A stretch of DNA of 64,000 bases, from NCBI GenBank assembly GCA_963747795.1, contig CAVVGS010000016.1, positions 13,805 through 77,804 on the forward strand, read 5' to 3'. A model generated the notes under the pieces. It ran no database searches. It had not been told where the DNA came from and saw only the letters and a list, made by a program, of their open reading frames with translations. The DNA comes from an uncultured Verrucomicrobiae bacterium. Lineage in GTDB: Bacteria > Verrucomicrobiota > Verrucomicrobiia > Opitutales > Opitutaceae. The translations under genes and the position numbers were made by a program. This document shows, one piece after another, positions 1 to 10,095 of the stretch; the first letter of the stretch is position 1; every line of letters starts with the position of its first letter.

Positions 1-2372
1 CTGGCTACCGGGATCCGAACCCGGTCGATGTCAGGGGATCCGACGTGGGCGCGATCATCTGGCAGTCGGTGCCCTACTCCGCAATCCAGCACAGGGCCCT
101 GCTGCGCGACCGTGAGCTGCCGGTCTGGAACCGCTACGATTCGACCGGCACGCCTCTGCTCGGACAAGGCCAGTCGATGTTCGGGGATCCGCTTCACTTT
201 CTCGCGATCGCCGCAGACGGGGCCGCATGGGCGTGGGATGTGAAGTACCTGGCGGCCAAATGGCTTTTCGCCTTCGGCCTCGGCTGGCTCGTTTTCTCGC
301 TCGTCCGGCACCTGCCGTCGGCCCTGCTTGTTGCCGCGGCCTCGCCCTTCGTCGGCTTCTTCGTTTACCGCGTCAACCATCCGGCGATATTCAGCCTCTG
401 CTATTCGCCATGGCCTCTCCTGTGCTGGGTGGCGATCGCCGGCGCCAGGGGATGGAGAGGCTCCGTTCCGTGGTATTGCGGCCTGATCGTCGCGAACGTC
501 GCGCTGATCGACAGCGGCACGGCAAAGGAGGCGTACATGCTCCTTCTCAGCATGAATGCCGCCGGCGCCTGCGTCCTTCTCGCGTCGCGCACACCCTTGC
601 GGGTGCGCCTGGCAAAGTGCGGGGCGGGCGTGCTGGCCGGCGGCATCTTTGCCCTTCTGACCGCGCCCGCCTGGTACGTTTTTGTCGAGACCCTCGGGAC
701 CTCGTACACGAGCTACGACAACGTGGCCGCATTCCAGATCCAGCCCTCGCTTCTTCTCGGTGCCTTCGACGAAGCGTTCTACCGGACGCTCGAAGCCGGC
801 CGGCACGTCTTCAATCCGTCCGCCAATTTCGTGGTGCTGGCCGGCTTGCTTTATTTCCTCGCGACTCTGCGCAGCCAGTTCTCGGACCGCGCCGTGGCAG
901 CGCTGGCCGTCTTTTCCCTCCTGCCGGCGAGTCTCGCGTTCGGTTTCGTGCCGCCGGACTGGGTAAAGGGCTGGCCCCTGCTCTCGAACATCGGGCACCT
1001 GGACAACACCTTCACCTGCGTTCTGATCGTCCTTTGGGCAGTCCTGGCCGGCGCAGGATTTTCGGCGGCTTCCCGGCGCCTCGGAGGCCCCGAGGGCCGC
1101 GGGGATCTGGCAGTGGCCGGCCTTCTGCTCTTCGCCCTGGTGTTTCAGTTCACGGCATTCCGCCAGGCCGTTCACCGCCTGAACTTCGGCGCGGACACGG
1201 CGCTGATGACCCTGAAGGTCGGGCAGTCCCTGCCGCTCACCCCGTTCCTGGCCGCCTATCTTGCGGTCCTGATCGTTGCGCTCGTCGCCTTCGGCCTGCT
1301 GGCCCGCCGCGCGTTGCGCGAAGGGCGGGTCGGTCCCGCCGCCGGTGTCGCGATGGCCCTCTGCCTTCTGGCCATGCTCTGGCGCGGAGGCATGCAGGTT
1401 TCGACGGGGTTCGAGGACTATGTCGTCGCTCCCGGCCGAAGGGTCGATTTTCGCACCAAGTCCGGGGCCGTCGAATTCCTGCGGCAGGCCCGGGAAAGCC
1501 AGCCCAGCCGTGCGATCGGCCTGCAGAACAACCTCTTCCCCGGCTGGAGCGCCATGTACGGAATCGAGACGGCCAACGGTCCGGACGCCCTGATCAATCC
1601 GCCGCTACCGGGAATTGACTCAGCATGTCCGCAATCAACAGCGATCTGGGACTGGCGGCTGTACCTTTCGCGGGACGGGATGGCCCGGGCGCGGCCCTTC
1701 CTGGATTTCCTGAACGTCCGATACTACCTCGACCTGCGCAGCGACCAGGCGGCCATGGGAGCGCTGCTCAAGCCCGATCGAATGGGCGATCTGGACGTGT
1801 ACGAAAGCCCGACCGCCTGGCCGCGGGCGTTCTTCACGGACCGGGTCGAGCTTTACCGCGATGCGCCGGACTTAATGGCGCTCATCCAGAACGGGGACGG
1901 CCGCCCGTTCGCGGCGGCGCAGGCCTCCGACTCCACGGCGCGCCAGGCCCTTGGCGGCCTCCTGGCCAACCCGCCCGAGGGCCGGGTCGTCATTCCGGCG
2001 ACCGACTACCGGTTGACCGAGGACTCGACGTCGTTCTCGGTCGACGCGCCGGTCGCGGGAGTCGTGGTCCTGACGGAGGCCTACTGGCCGGGATATCCCC
2101 GCTGCGAAGTCGACGGGCAAAAGGCCCGGGTATTCAGGGTAAACCATGCCTTCGAGGGAGTCGCGGTCGAGTCCCGGCCATCACCGGATCACGGTGGCGT
2201 ACAGGCCGCGAAACTTCGAATGGCTTCTCGCCTCCTCGGCCGTTTCGCTGGCAGTCCTGGTTTTCGGAATCCTTTTCCTGGCGGGCGGCCGCCGGAGCGG
2301 GACCGGAACTGCGGAGGCATTAACCTCTTGAATACCATGGGTCCGGCGGCAAATCTCGGGCGCCCCGTATGA
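1..2372 (+). CDS. YfhO-like polytopic membrane protein, 5' partial, with a C-terminal frame disruption
   Basis: ORF 45..2372 stays open in frame back to base 3. It has many hydrophobic segments followed by a soluble C-terminal domain. The last ~65 residues of this frame look non-protein-like. The +1 frame ORF 2146..2331 instead continues ...GHHRITVAYRPRNFEW plus a terminal TM helix, as in YfhO-type C-termini. The shift maps to the CCC run at 2173-2175. Confidence 0.6.
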   Translation, partial: GYRDPNPVDVRGSDVGAIIWQSVPYSAIQHRALLRDRELPVWNRYDSTGTPLLGQGQSMFGDPLHFLAIAADGAAWAWDVKYLAAKWLFAFGLGWLVFSLVRHLPSALLVAAASPFVGFFVYRVNHPAIFSLCYSPWPLLCWVAIAGARGWRGSVPWYCGLIVANVALIDSGTAKEAYMLLLSMNAAGACVLLASRTPLRVRLAKCGAGVLAGGIFALLTAPAWYVFVETLGTSYTSYDNVAAFQIQPSLLLGAFDEAFYRTLEAGRHVFNPSANFVVLAGLLYFLATLRSQFSDRAVAALAVFSLLPASLAFGFVPPDWVKGWPLLSNIGHLDNTFTCVLIVLWAVLAGAGFSAASRRLGGPEGRGDLAVAGLLLFALVFQFTAFRQAVHRLNFGADTALMTLKVGQSLPLTPFLAAYLAVLIVALVAFGLLARRALREGRVGPAAGVAMALCLLAMLWRGGMQVSTGFEDYVVAPGRRVDFRTKSGAVEFLRQARESQPSRAIGLQNNLFPGWSAMYGIETANGPDALINPPLPGIDSACPQSTAIWDWRLYLSRDGMARARPFLDFLNVRYYLDLRSDQAAMGALLKPDRMGDLDVYESPTAWPRAFFTDRVELYRDAPDLMALIQNGDGRPFAAAQASDSTARQALGGLLANPPEGRVVIPATDYRLTEDSTSFSVDAPVAGVVVLTEAYWPGYPRCEVDGQKARVFRVNHAFEGVAVESRPSPDHGGVQAAKLRMASRLLGRFAGSPGFRNPFPGGRPPERDRNCGGINLLNTMGPAANLGRPV

Positions 2373-3121
2373 CCCGACTCTCAGTCATCGTGCCCGTCTA
2401 CAACGAACGGGCTACCGCCAAGGCGGCGCTGGACGCCCTGATGGCGAAGGTGATCGTCGGGGTGGACATCGAGATCATCATCGTCGAAAGCAATTCGACC
2501 GACGGCAGCCGCGAGATCGTGGTCGGGTGCCGCGGCGATCCGCGCGTGAAGGTGATCCTCGAGGATCGGCCCCGCGGCAAGGGGCACGCGGTGCGCGCCG
2601 GCTTCGCCGCGGCGACCGGCGACATCCTGCTGATCCAGGATGCGGACCTCGAGTACGACCTCGCCGACTACGAGGTGCTGCTCGCCCCGATAATCGCCGG
2701 ACGGCAGGCCTTTGTCCTCGGCTCGCGCCACGGCCGGGGCGGCTGGGCGATCCGGAAGTTCGATGACCAGCCGCTGCGGGGCATCGTGCTCAACCTTGCC
2801 CACTGGACCTTTACGCTCCTCGTCAACGCCGCACTGGGCACCTGGATCAGGGATCCCTTCACGATGTACAAGGTGTTCCGGCGCGACTGCCTCGACGGCC
2901 TGACGTTTGAGTGCGACCGGTTCGACTTCGACTGGGAGCTGCTGATCAAGCTCGTGCGCAGGGGCTACCGGCCGATCGAGATTCCCGTCACCTACCGGTC
3001 CCGGTCTTTCGCGGATGGAAAGAAGATCCGGATGTGGCGCGACCCGCTCACATGGCTGCGGGCCCTGGTCAAGTACCGCTTCGCACGCCTCGGGCCGCCG
3101 CCGGCCGGCCGCAGCCCCTGA
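2369..3121 (+). CDS. Family 2 glycosyltransferase (GT-A fold, dolichyl-phosphate-sugar synthase-like)
   Basis: 250-aa ORF starting LSVIVPVYNE, with DGS and QDADLEYD motifs typical of GT2 enzymes. Confidence 0.85.
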   Translation: MTRLSVIVPVYNERATAKAALDALMAKVIVGVDIEIIIVESNSTDGSREIVVGCRGDPRVKVILEDRPRGKGHAVRAGFAAATGDILLIQDADLEYDLADYEVLLAPIIAGRQAFVLGSRHGRGGWAIRKFDDQPLRGIVLNLAHWTFTLLVNAALGTWIRDPFTMYKVFRRDCLDGLTFECDRFDFDWELLIKLVRRGYRPIEIPVTYRSRSFADGKKIRMWRDPLTWLRALVKYRFARLGPPPAGRSP

Positions 3122-3131
3122 GGGCCTCCCC

Positions 3132-5714
3132 TCACCTCTTGCGGCGGAGCGCCCTGTGCTCGGAGTCCATCTGGCCCCGCGTGACGCCGAGCTGGTTTAT
3201 GAGCTTGAGCTCCCGCCACAGGGCTCCCCCCTCGATCTCGCCCCTAAGCAGCTGCGCATAACTGCGCACCGTGCGGGCGACCTCGTCGGCCGGCTCGTTC
3301 ACGAATTCCACGCGAAAGGCCCGCGCGCCGAGCTCCAGCAGGCGCGAGACGAACTCCGCCCCGGTCTGCGCCCGGTTGTTGAACACGGTGTTGCGGCAGC
3401 CGGCGTCGGCCTTCAGGGGCAGGAGCGCCCCGGTCCTGTCGCCCAGCTCGACCCGGCGGCTCTCGCAGGGGCGCCCGCAGTCGCGGTAGTCGTGTCCCTC
3501 GGTAAGGAAGGCGCAGAAGATGCAGTGCTCCATGTGAAACATCGGCATCCGCTGGTGGATGGTGATGTCGAACCAGGCCGGGGGCGCCGAGCGAAGAAGG
3601 GCCTCCAGCTGGGAGATGTTCAAGTCGTAGCTCGCCGTCACCCGCTCGAGCCCGATCTCGCGGACGAAGGTCTCCGCGCTCCAGGGATTGGCGACATTGA
3701 GCGAAAAATCGCCGCGACGGCGCCCGCCGGCAAAGAAGCTCAGGTGGTCGTAGTTGCGGACCAGGTAACCGTCCGCATCGCACGACTTCACCTGGTTCAG
3801 GATCCACTCCTCGCCCGGCTTGAAGATGCGGGGCGGGGCGACCCAGATCGTCGGCGCAGGCCCGGCGTTCAAGGCGCCGCCATCCAATCCTTTCCGCAGC
3901 TCCCGAAACCGCGCGACGGCGTCCCGGTAGTGCTTCGGGTTCTCGAATTCGCAGTAGATCGTCCTGGCTCCGGCCGCCCAGGCGGCCTCGAGCTGCCCCG
4001 GCAGGCGGATGACGGCGATCAGCTCCGGGACCCCGGGACGCTCCGGCCCCGGCTCCGCGGCCTCGCGCCGGATGTTCGCTCCCGGGTTCATCGTCCAGCG
4101 CCCCGGACGCGAGCGGAGTTCCTCCAGCCGGCCGATGACCCCGCGCCTGAGCCTGTTCAATTCGCTCATCGGCAGCATCACCTCCCCCTCGACGAACGAG
4201 CGCAGGCCGCCGAGCTCGAAGGGCGTGCCGCCGAGCCTTCCCAGCTGCTCGCGCAGCCGCTCTTCGGTCAGCGGCTGGTTCCGCGCGGCGGCAAGCGGCG
4301 AGGCGGAGGCCCCCTTCGCCGCATGGCCCAGGCCGTCGTCGGCGATCACGACGAGCGGCTCGCCGGCGCGTCCGTGGACCTCGAAGTGCACCGGCCGGCG
4401 AAAACGGATCGACTCCCCCGCATAGGTCGCGCGGATTTTCCTGTCGAGGGCCGGATCGTTCGTCTTCCAGACATAGTGGCCCGGATGCACGCGCCGCCAG
4501 TCGATGTCGCCCCGGCCGAACCGAATGGTCGCCCCGCCCCCGGGGCCTCCGTCGGTCAGGACCTCGTAAACGCGGCCGCCCTCCTCCCCTTCCTCGGGAC
4601 GCCCGGCGTCGAAGACGACGCCGTCGCCGGGATTCAGGGGGGCCGACAGGCGGAGGGACGCCGACTCGTCGGCCACGCGGAGGACCTCGCCGAGGAAAAC
4701 GCCCCGCTTCGTCCCGAAGCGGGCATGCACGAGCGCCTGGTTGTCCGTCCCCTTGAGCCAGCCCGTGAACAGCCCGCGGGAAAAGCTCATCTCGAGTTCG
4801 TAGCGGTCGGCCGCGGGGTCGGACCGGACCGCATCCGGGCCCGCAATTTCCGCCATGGCGCGGTCCAGGGCCTGGCGATAGACGCGCGTGACGCTGGCCA
4901 CGTATTCCGCGGACTTGAGGCGCCCCTCGATCTTCAGCGAGGCGATTCCCGCCCGGACAAGGTCCGGGAGGGCCTCCAGGCCGGACAGGTCCCGGGGGCT
5001 CAGGAGGTAGCGCCTGTCGCCAAGCGGAACCGGGCGGCCGTCCGAAAAAAGCTGATACGGCAGGCGGCAGGCCTGGGCGCACTCGCCCCGGTTTGCCGAG
5101 CGCCCTCCAAGCGACTCGCTCGTGAGGCACTGCCCGGAGTAGGCGATGCAAAGGGCCCCGTGGACGAAGATCTCCAGGGGAAGCCCCTCCCCTGTCCCGT
5201 CCAGGGAGGCCCGGATCCGGGCGATGTCCGCTATGGAGTTCTCCCGGGCGAGGACAACCAGGTCCGCCCCCAGCCGGTTGCGCGCAAACCGGACGCCCTC
5301 CGCGCTCGTGATCGTCATTTGCGTCGAGCAATGGATCGGAAAATCCGGCGAAAGCGCGCGGATCATCCGGCAGACGCCGACATCCTGCACGATTGCGGCA
5401 TCGACCCCCGCCCCGATCATCGCGCGCGCGTAGTTCTCGGCCTCCCAGGCCTCATCCGCAAAGACAAGCGTGTTGAAGGTCAGATACCCCTTCGCGCCGC
5501 GACGGTGCAGGAATGCGATCAGTTCGGGCAGGTCCGCCTGGGTGAAGTTCTTGGCCCTCATCCGCGCGTTGAACCGCTCGAGCCCGAAATAGATTGCGTC
5601 AGCCCCGTTCTCCACGGCCGCCCGCGCACAGTCCCAGTCGCCGGCCGGCGCCAGGAGCTCCGGCCTTCTCAAGCCCGGCAAAACCGCCGCCCGTTGTGTT
5701 GTTTCCCCGGACAC
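3132..5714 (-). CDS. Peptidase U32 family protein with long C-terminal extension
   Basis: Only the 3' ~860 codons of ORF 3132..6521 are protein-like. They contain PELLAPAGDWD..AVENGADAIYFG..RFNAR and the Cys-containing core typical of U32 (YegQ/RlhA-like). The upstream part overlaps adk in another frame. GTG 5714 is chosen as start and is uncertain. Confidence 0.8.
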   Translation of the reverse strand: MSGETTQRAAVLPGLRRPELLAPAGDWDCARAAVENGADAIYFGLERFNARMRAKNFTQADLPELIAFLHRRGAKGYLTFNTLVFADEAWEAENYARAMIGAGVDAAIVQDVGVCRMIRALSPDFPIHCSTQMTITSAEGVRFARNRLGADLVVLARENSIADIARIRASLDGTGEGLPLEIFVHGALCIAYSGQCLTSESLGGRSANRGECAQACRLPYQLFSDGRPVPLGDRRYLLSPRDLSGLEALPDLVRAGIASLKIEGRLKSAEYVASVTRVYRQALDRAMAEIAGPDAVRSDPAADRYELEMSFSRGLFTGWLKGTDNQALVHARFGTKRGVFLGEVLRVADESASLRLSAPLNPGDGVVFDAGRPEEGEEGGRVYEVLTDGGPGGGATIRFGRGDIDWRRVHPGHYVWKTNDPALDRKIRATYAGESIRFRRPVHFEVHGRAGEPLVVIADDGLGHAAKGASASPLAAARNQPLTEERLREQLGRLGGTPFELGGLRSFVEGEVMLPMSELNRLRRGVIGRLEELRSRPGRWTMNPGANIRREAAEPGPERPGVPELIAVIRLPGQLEAAWAAGARTIYCEFENPKHYRDAVARFRELRKGLDGGALNAGPAPTIWVAPPRIFKPGEEWILNQVKSCDADGYLVRNYDHLSFFAGGRRRGDFSLNVANPWSAETFVREIGLERVTASYDLNISQLEALLRSAPPAWFDITIHQRMPMFHMEHCIFCAFLTEGHDYRDCGRPCESRRVELGDRTGALLPLKADAGCRNTVFNNRAQTGAEFVSRLLELGARAFRVEFVNEPADEVARTVRSYAQLLRGEIEGGALWRELKLINQLGVTRGQMDSEHRALRRKR

Positions 5715-5782
5715 GGCGGGGAAGCTAACCCCCGGGGGGCTCCCTGCGCAAGCGCGCCCGTTGCCTAAGTCGCCGGCGCAGC

Positions 5783-6571
5783 CTATTTCTTCGCTTCCGC
5801 TTCGGGCGGGAGCAGCCGCGCCGCGAGCGCGTCGAGCGTGCGGGCGAATATGGCGCCCGGAACCCCCTCGGCTGAAATCGATATGAGCAGGCCCTTTCTT
5901 CCGTAGTACTCGATCAGGGGCGCCGTGCTTCGCGCGTACGCCTCCTGGCGCACGCGGATCGTCTCCGGCTTGTCGTCCTCGCGCTGGTAAAGGGCGCCGC
6001 CGCACTTGTCGCAGACGCCCTCCTTCGCAGGCGGATGGGCCGTGAGATGATAGACGGTCTTGCACTTGCTGCAGGTCCGCCGTCCGCTCGCACGGGCGAC
6101 GACCTCCTCTATCGGAAGATCGTAGCTTATGACGGCGTCGAGCTTGAGCTTCTCGCGCTCGAGGATCTTGTCCAGGGCCTCCGCCTGGGCGACCGTGCGC
6201 GGGAACCCGTCGAGCAGGAATCCGCCGCGGCATCGCAGGCAGCTCACGCGCTCGCAGACAAGATCCAGGACCGTCTGGTCGGGCACGAGTTCTCCACGGC
6301 GCATGAAGCCAAGGGCCTCCACCATCGCGGGCGTCTGTTCCGAGCCGGCGCATCCGCTGCGATCGGCCGAACTCGCCGCGCGAAACACGTCCCCGGTCGA
6401 CAGCTGGCAGCACGCGAAACCCGAGGTGAGCAGCTCGGCCTGGGTCCCCTTCCCCACGCCAGGCGCTCCGAGCAGAATGAGCCGGAGTGGGCGTTCCAGT
6501 TCCGGCGGCGGCAGGTTGCACACCGCATTTCCGCCCTTTATCCAGGCGTTGCGATCGCGGAGGATCTTCAT
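5783..6571 (-). CDS. adk: Adenylate kinase
   Basis: LILLGAPGVGKGTQ P-loop and a LID region with CSKC...CDKC zinc knuckle. There is an N-terminal extension, so the start may instead be GTG 6523. Confidence 0.9.
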   Translation of the reverse strand: MKILRDRNAWIKGGNAVCNLPPPELERPLRLILLGAPGVGKGTQAELLTSGFACCQLSTGDVFRAASSADRSGCAGSEQTPAMVEALGFMRRGELVPDQTVLDLVCERVSCLRCRGGFLLDGFPRTVAQAEALDKILEREKLKLDAVISYDLPIEEVVARASGRRTCSKCKTVYHLTAHPPAKEGVCDKCGGALYQREDDKPETIRVRQEAYARSTAPLIEYYGRKGLLISISAEGVPGAIFARTLDALAARLLPPEAEAKK

Positions 6572-6735
6572 TGGATTCCTTTAGTGGGTTAAATTGGGTT
6601 TACTCATCGTCAATTCTGCCATCCGCCTGCATCCAAAGCAGCACCAAAGCCGCTGATCGGCGACATAAAAGCCGCCATGGGGGCGGTTGCCAAACACGCT
6701 TATAGCTCCGGAAAGCCGGGAAAAATCGGGCCTTT

Positions 6736-7566
6736 TCAGGGTTTCGGCGGGCGGAGCCAAAGACTGGAGGCGATTGCAACCGCCAGCACGATGCCGACGA
6801 CCGCCAGCGATGTGCCCGTGCCCACTTCGAGCCATGGGGATGCCAGTATCCGGCCCCCGATGAAGAGCAGGATGACGACAAGCCCGGTCTCCAGATGCCT
6901 GAGACGGGCTCCCGCCAGGGCAAAATAGAGCGAACGCAGGCTCGCCACGGCGAACAGGTTCGACGCAAAGGCGATCCCGGCGCTGCGCGTGATCGCGAGG
7001 ACGGCGGGCAGCGAGTCGCACGCAAAAAGGACGTCCGCCACCTCGACGGCGACGAGCACGAGCAGAAGGCGGGTGGGAACCCACCGCGCGTTCACCTTCT
7101 GGAAGAAACGGCCCTCCGCTCCGGGTTGGGCGAGCTTCACAAACCTTCCGGCCAGCCGGACACCCGGATTGCGCGCAGGGTCCGCCATGCGCTCCCGGCG
7201 CCGCGTCCGGAGCATCCTCAGCGCCGTCAGGACAAGCAGCGCCCCAAACCCGTACAAGAGCCAGTGAAAGCGGTGGAGCGCGCCGGCCCCGACGAGAATG
7301 AACAGGCCCCGCAATACCGCCGCTCCGGCGATGCCCCAGCCGAGAACACGCCGCTGCTGGCCGGGAGCCACCGCAAAATAGCCGAAGATTGCCGCGAAGA
7401 CGAAGACGTTGTCGGCGCTCATGCTCAGCTCCACGAGATAGCCCGCCAGGAACTGGTTTGCCGCCTCGCCTCCCCTCCAGCCGCGGACCAGCGCCGAAAA
7501 CGCCGCCGCGGCACACGCCCACGCCAGCGTCCTCAGCAGCGCCTTCTTCGGAGTCATCAGCCCCAC
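6736..7566 (-). CDS. TerC/Alx family integral membrane protein
   Basis: 276-aa multi-TM ORF with MSADNVFVFAAIF and a repeated acidic TM signature typical of TerC. Confidence 0.8.
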   Translation of the reverse strand: MGLMTPKKALLRTLAWACAAAAFSALVRGWRGGEAANQFLAGYLVELSMSADNVFVFAAIFGYFAVAPGQQRRVLGWGIAGAAVLRGLFILVGAGALHRFHWLLYGFGALLVLTALRMLRTRRRERMADPARNPGVRLAGRFVKLAQPGAEGRFFQKVNARWVPTRLLLVLVAVEVADVLFACDSLPAVLAITRSAGIAFASNLFAVASLRSLYFALAGARLRHLETGLVVILLFIGGRILASPWLEVGTGTSLAVVGIVLAVAIASSLWLRPPKP

Positions 7567-7613
7567 TCAACTTCCCCGGCCTTCGCACGCAAGAAGAACA
7601 GGGTCCGGACGCC

Positions 7614-9791
7614 CTATTTCGCGGGCGGCGGCGGCTCCTGTGGCTTGGCCTCGGCGGCCTTCAGGCGTTCAAGCTCGGCCGGGTGCTCCTCCAGCATCTC
7701 CCGCTCAGATATGCGCCCGGTCAGCCACGCCAGGCTCACCGGATAGACGTCCGGGTTGAAGATGACGAAGTAGAAATGCCAGACAATGATGGCGAGGGTC
7801 GCCAGGATCGCCTCGTAGAAATGCACGGTGTGCGAGATGTCGAAACCCATCTTGGTCAGGCGCCCCATGGAGACATTCTCGAACCAGAGGATGGCCCCCG
7901 TGATCCCCATGAGCATCGTTCCCCAGACCAGCGCCCAGTACTCCGCCTTCTCCATGTAGCTGAACCGGCCGAACCGCGGCTTGTCCGGGGCGAGGCCGAG
8001 GTTGTATTTCATGACCTTGAACGGGTCGGTCAGGTCCCGCGCCTGCGGCAGCAGATCCCGGAAGAGGCTCCGGCCGGGTTCCGTGAATGCGAGGTAGGCG
8101 ATGTGCCAGAACGCCGCGCCCATCATGACCGCCCCTGCGATGCGGTGGACCAACCCCCGGAGCTCAAACAGGCGCGAGCTGGCGCGACGGATGGCCTCGA
8201 CCCACCACGCGTCCGGGTAATGGAGCATGAAACCGGTCACGACAAGGACCATGAAGCTGAGGACGAGCGTCCCGTGCTGCAGCCGCTCCTGCAGGGTCAT
8301 CCGCAGATAGAGGCGGTGCGCCACGTGCTCCTCCTCGATGATCCCCTCTTGGATCGCAAGCTTGCGGCGTATCTTCTTCAGGAAATCCAGGAAATTGTGC
8401 AGGAACATGCCGCCCACGACGGCCACGATCAGGACCACGTAAAAGGTCGCGATCAGATGGAGGATGTGGGTGTCCCCATCCTTGCCGTCCGGCGCCTCCA
8501 GGCTCACGTGCACCGAGCCGAAGGTGAAGCGCGTGTTGGCTCCCGGGTGGCACTGCCCGCAGGTTTTCACGAGATTGGCCTTGTTCACGCTCGAAGTCGG
8601 GTCGAGGGGAGACTTGATCGCGTGGGCGCTGTGGCAGCTCGCGCAGTTGGCGACGGTCAGCGAGCCCTCGCGCTCGGCGAGCCCGTGGTAGCTGTCCGAA
8701 AACGTCTGGAATGCGTTTGAAGTGAGACCGTACTTCTTCGTGAGGGCGACCGAGGCGTGGCATGTCGCGCACACCTGCCGGGCCAGGTTGGACGCATAGA
8801 CGGGCGAGGTCGGGTCGGTATGGGAGCGAATGTCGTGCTCGCCGTGGCAGTCGGTGCAGGTCGGCGAGTCCGCGCTCCCGCGGCGCAGCGCCGCCGCGTG
8901 CACGCTGCCCTGGTATGCCGAGGCCACGGACTCGTGGCACCTGGCGCAGGTCTCCGCGGCCCGCAGCTTGCCCGTCCGGGCGCTCGCGGCCATGGCGCGG
9001 TTCATCTCGTGCGCTCCGTGGCAATCGACGCAGTTTGCGGCCTGCGCATCGCCCCGGTGCAGCGCCGCCCCGTGGACACTCTTGTCAAAGGCCGCCACAA
9101 AATGGGTGCCGCGCAGCGCCTGGTCGGCCACGGCCGGCTTGTCGACATGGCATGATTCGCACAGGGCCGCCTGGGCGAGCTTTACGGCGATGTCCGGCGT
9201 GCCCCGGACCGGGCTCACGATCGCCTTCTGATGGCAGACGAGGCAGCTGGGGGCGTCGGCGGCGCCAAACGCCCTGCCATGGGCCGATGCGGCGAACTGA
9301 TCCCGCGCCGACTGGTGGCAGCGTCCGCAGGCCTCAGCCTGATGCGCACGGACGAATGGAAAAGACGGCGAACCGGCTGCGGCAATGGCATGGGTGCCGT
9401 GGCAATTCGCGCACGAGGTGTCCGCGCCGGCCGGAACCGGGTTCAGTCCCAGCCGGCGGTGAAAGGCGTGCCTGGCCCCGATGTCATCGTGGCAGGACGC
9501 GCAGTCGACCGGGCCCATCGTCTTCTTGTGCGGAATGGACGCCGGGTCGAACCCGTCGTGGCAATCGACGCACTTCAGGGAAGCGTGCGCCGACTTGGCC
9601 AGGACCGCCTGATCGGCGAAGAGCGACACCTCGCGGCGCCCCCTTTGCGTCGTCAGCGAGGGGTCGCTGTGGCAGTCGAGGCATGCCTGGTCCGGGACTG
9701 CGGCGGCCTTTTCCGTCCCGGTCCCAGCCGCGCCCGCCGCCAGCGGCGCGAAGGCGAGGACAAACGCGAGCTTAAGCGCCCTACACGCCAT
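7614..9791 (-). CDS. Multihaem cytochrome c (13 CxxCH) fused to a membrane di-haem cytochrome b (FdnI/HydC-like) domain
   Basis: N-terminal signal peptide. I counted 13 CxxCH motifs in the first ~420 residues. About five TM helices with conserved His follow in the C-terminal ~300 residues. Confidence 0.85.
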   Translation of the reverse strand: MACRALKLAFVLAFAPLAAGAAGTGTEKAAAVPDQACLDCHSDPSLTTQRGRREVSLFADQAVLAKSAHASLKCVDCHDGFDPASIPHKKTMGPVDCASCHDDIGARHAFHRRLGLNPVPAGADTSCANCHGTHAIAAAGSPSFPFVRAHQAEACGRCHQSARDQFAASAHGRAFGAADAPSCLVCHQKAIVSPVRGTPDIAVKLAQAALCESCHVDKPAVADQALRGTHFVAAFDKSVHGAALHRGDAQAANCVDCHGAHEMNRAMAASARTGKLRAAETCARCHESVASAYQGSVHAAALRRGSADSPTCTDCHGEHDIRSHTDPTSPVYASNLARQVCATCHASVALTKKYGLTSNAFQTFSDSYHGLAEREGSLTVANCASCHSAHAIKSPLDPTSSVNKANLVKTCGQCHPGANTRFTFGSVHVSLEAPDGKDGDTHILHLIATFYVVLIVAVVGGMFLHNFLDFLKKIRRKLAIQEGIIEEEHVAHRLYLRMTLQERLQHGTLVLSFMVLVVTGFMLHYPDAWWVEAIRRASSRLFELRGLVHRIAGAVMMGAAFWHIAYLAFTEPGRSLFRDLLPQARDLTDPFKVMKYNLGLAPDKPRFGRFSYMEKAEYWALVWGTMLMGITGAILWFENVSMGRLTKMGFDISHTVHFYEAILATLAIIVWHFYFVIFNPDVYPVSLAWLTGRISEREMLEEHPAELERLKAAEAKPQEPPPPAK

Positions 9792-10014
9792 CGTTTCCGA
9801 TCGACTGCGTCGGGCATGCGGCCAGCACCTCTTCCGCGAGCGCCAGCTCCTCGGCAGTCAACGGTTGTCTCAGCACGGATGAAAAACCGGTCTCGGCGTT
9901 CCGGGCGAACAATTCCGGCGCTGTCGTGCGGCACTGGTCGCAGTCGATGCAACTGGAATCGATGTAATAACGGCCCGGGGCGTTGTCGGCGTTTCGGTCG
10001 GACAGGGTAGCCAT
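9781..10014 (-). CDS. Small ferredoxin (single Fe-S cluster type)
   Basis: 77-aa ORF with CIDCDQC....CP motif. Its end overlaps the cytochrome gene start by 11 nt. Confidence 0.8.
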   Translation of the reverse strand: MATLSDRNADNAPGRYYIDSSCIDCDQCRTTAPELFARNAETGFSSVLRQPLTAEELALAEEVLAACPTQSIGNDGV

Positions 10015-10095
10015 GCGGATACACTACCAGCCGGTCCAAAAACCGGCCCCGCATGCCTTGAATTTTCCTGCGCAGATATTGGTGAAAGGCGCGGG

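Noticed and set aside
3015-5768. 917-aa ORF on the plus strand
   Set aside because: It lies entirely antisense to the well-supported U32 peptidase gene. Its sequence is Arg/Pro/Gly/Ala-rich with no motifs, which is the typical shadow ORF of GC-rich DNA.
5715-6521. 5' ~270 codons of the 1129-aa ORF 3132..6521
   Set aside because: This part overlaps adk in another frame and is Arg/Gly-rich nonsense. The U32 peptidase most likely starts near 5714.
6669-6692. Possible intrinsic terminator after terC (ccgcc...ggcgg followed by TTTT on the minus strand)
   Set aside because: The stem is only about 5 bp with an ill-defined loop, which is too weak to call without energy calculation.
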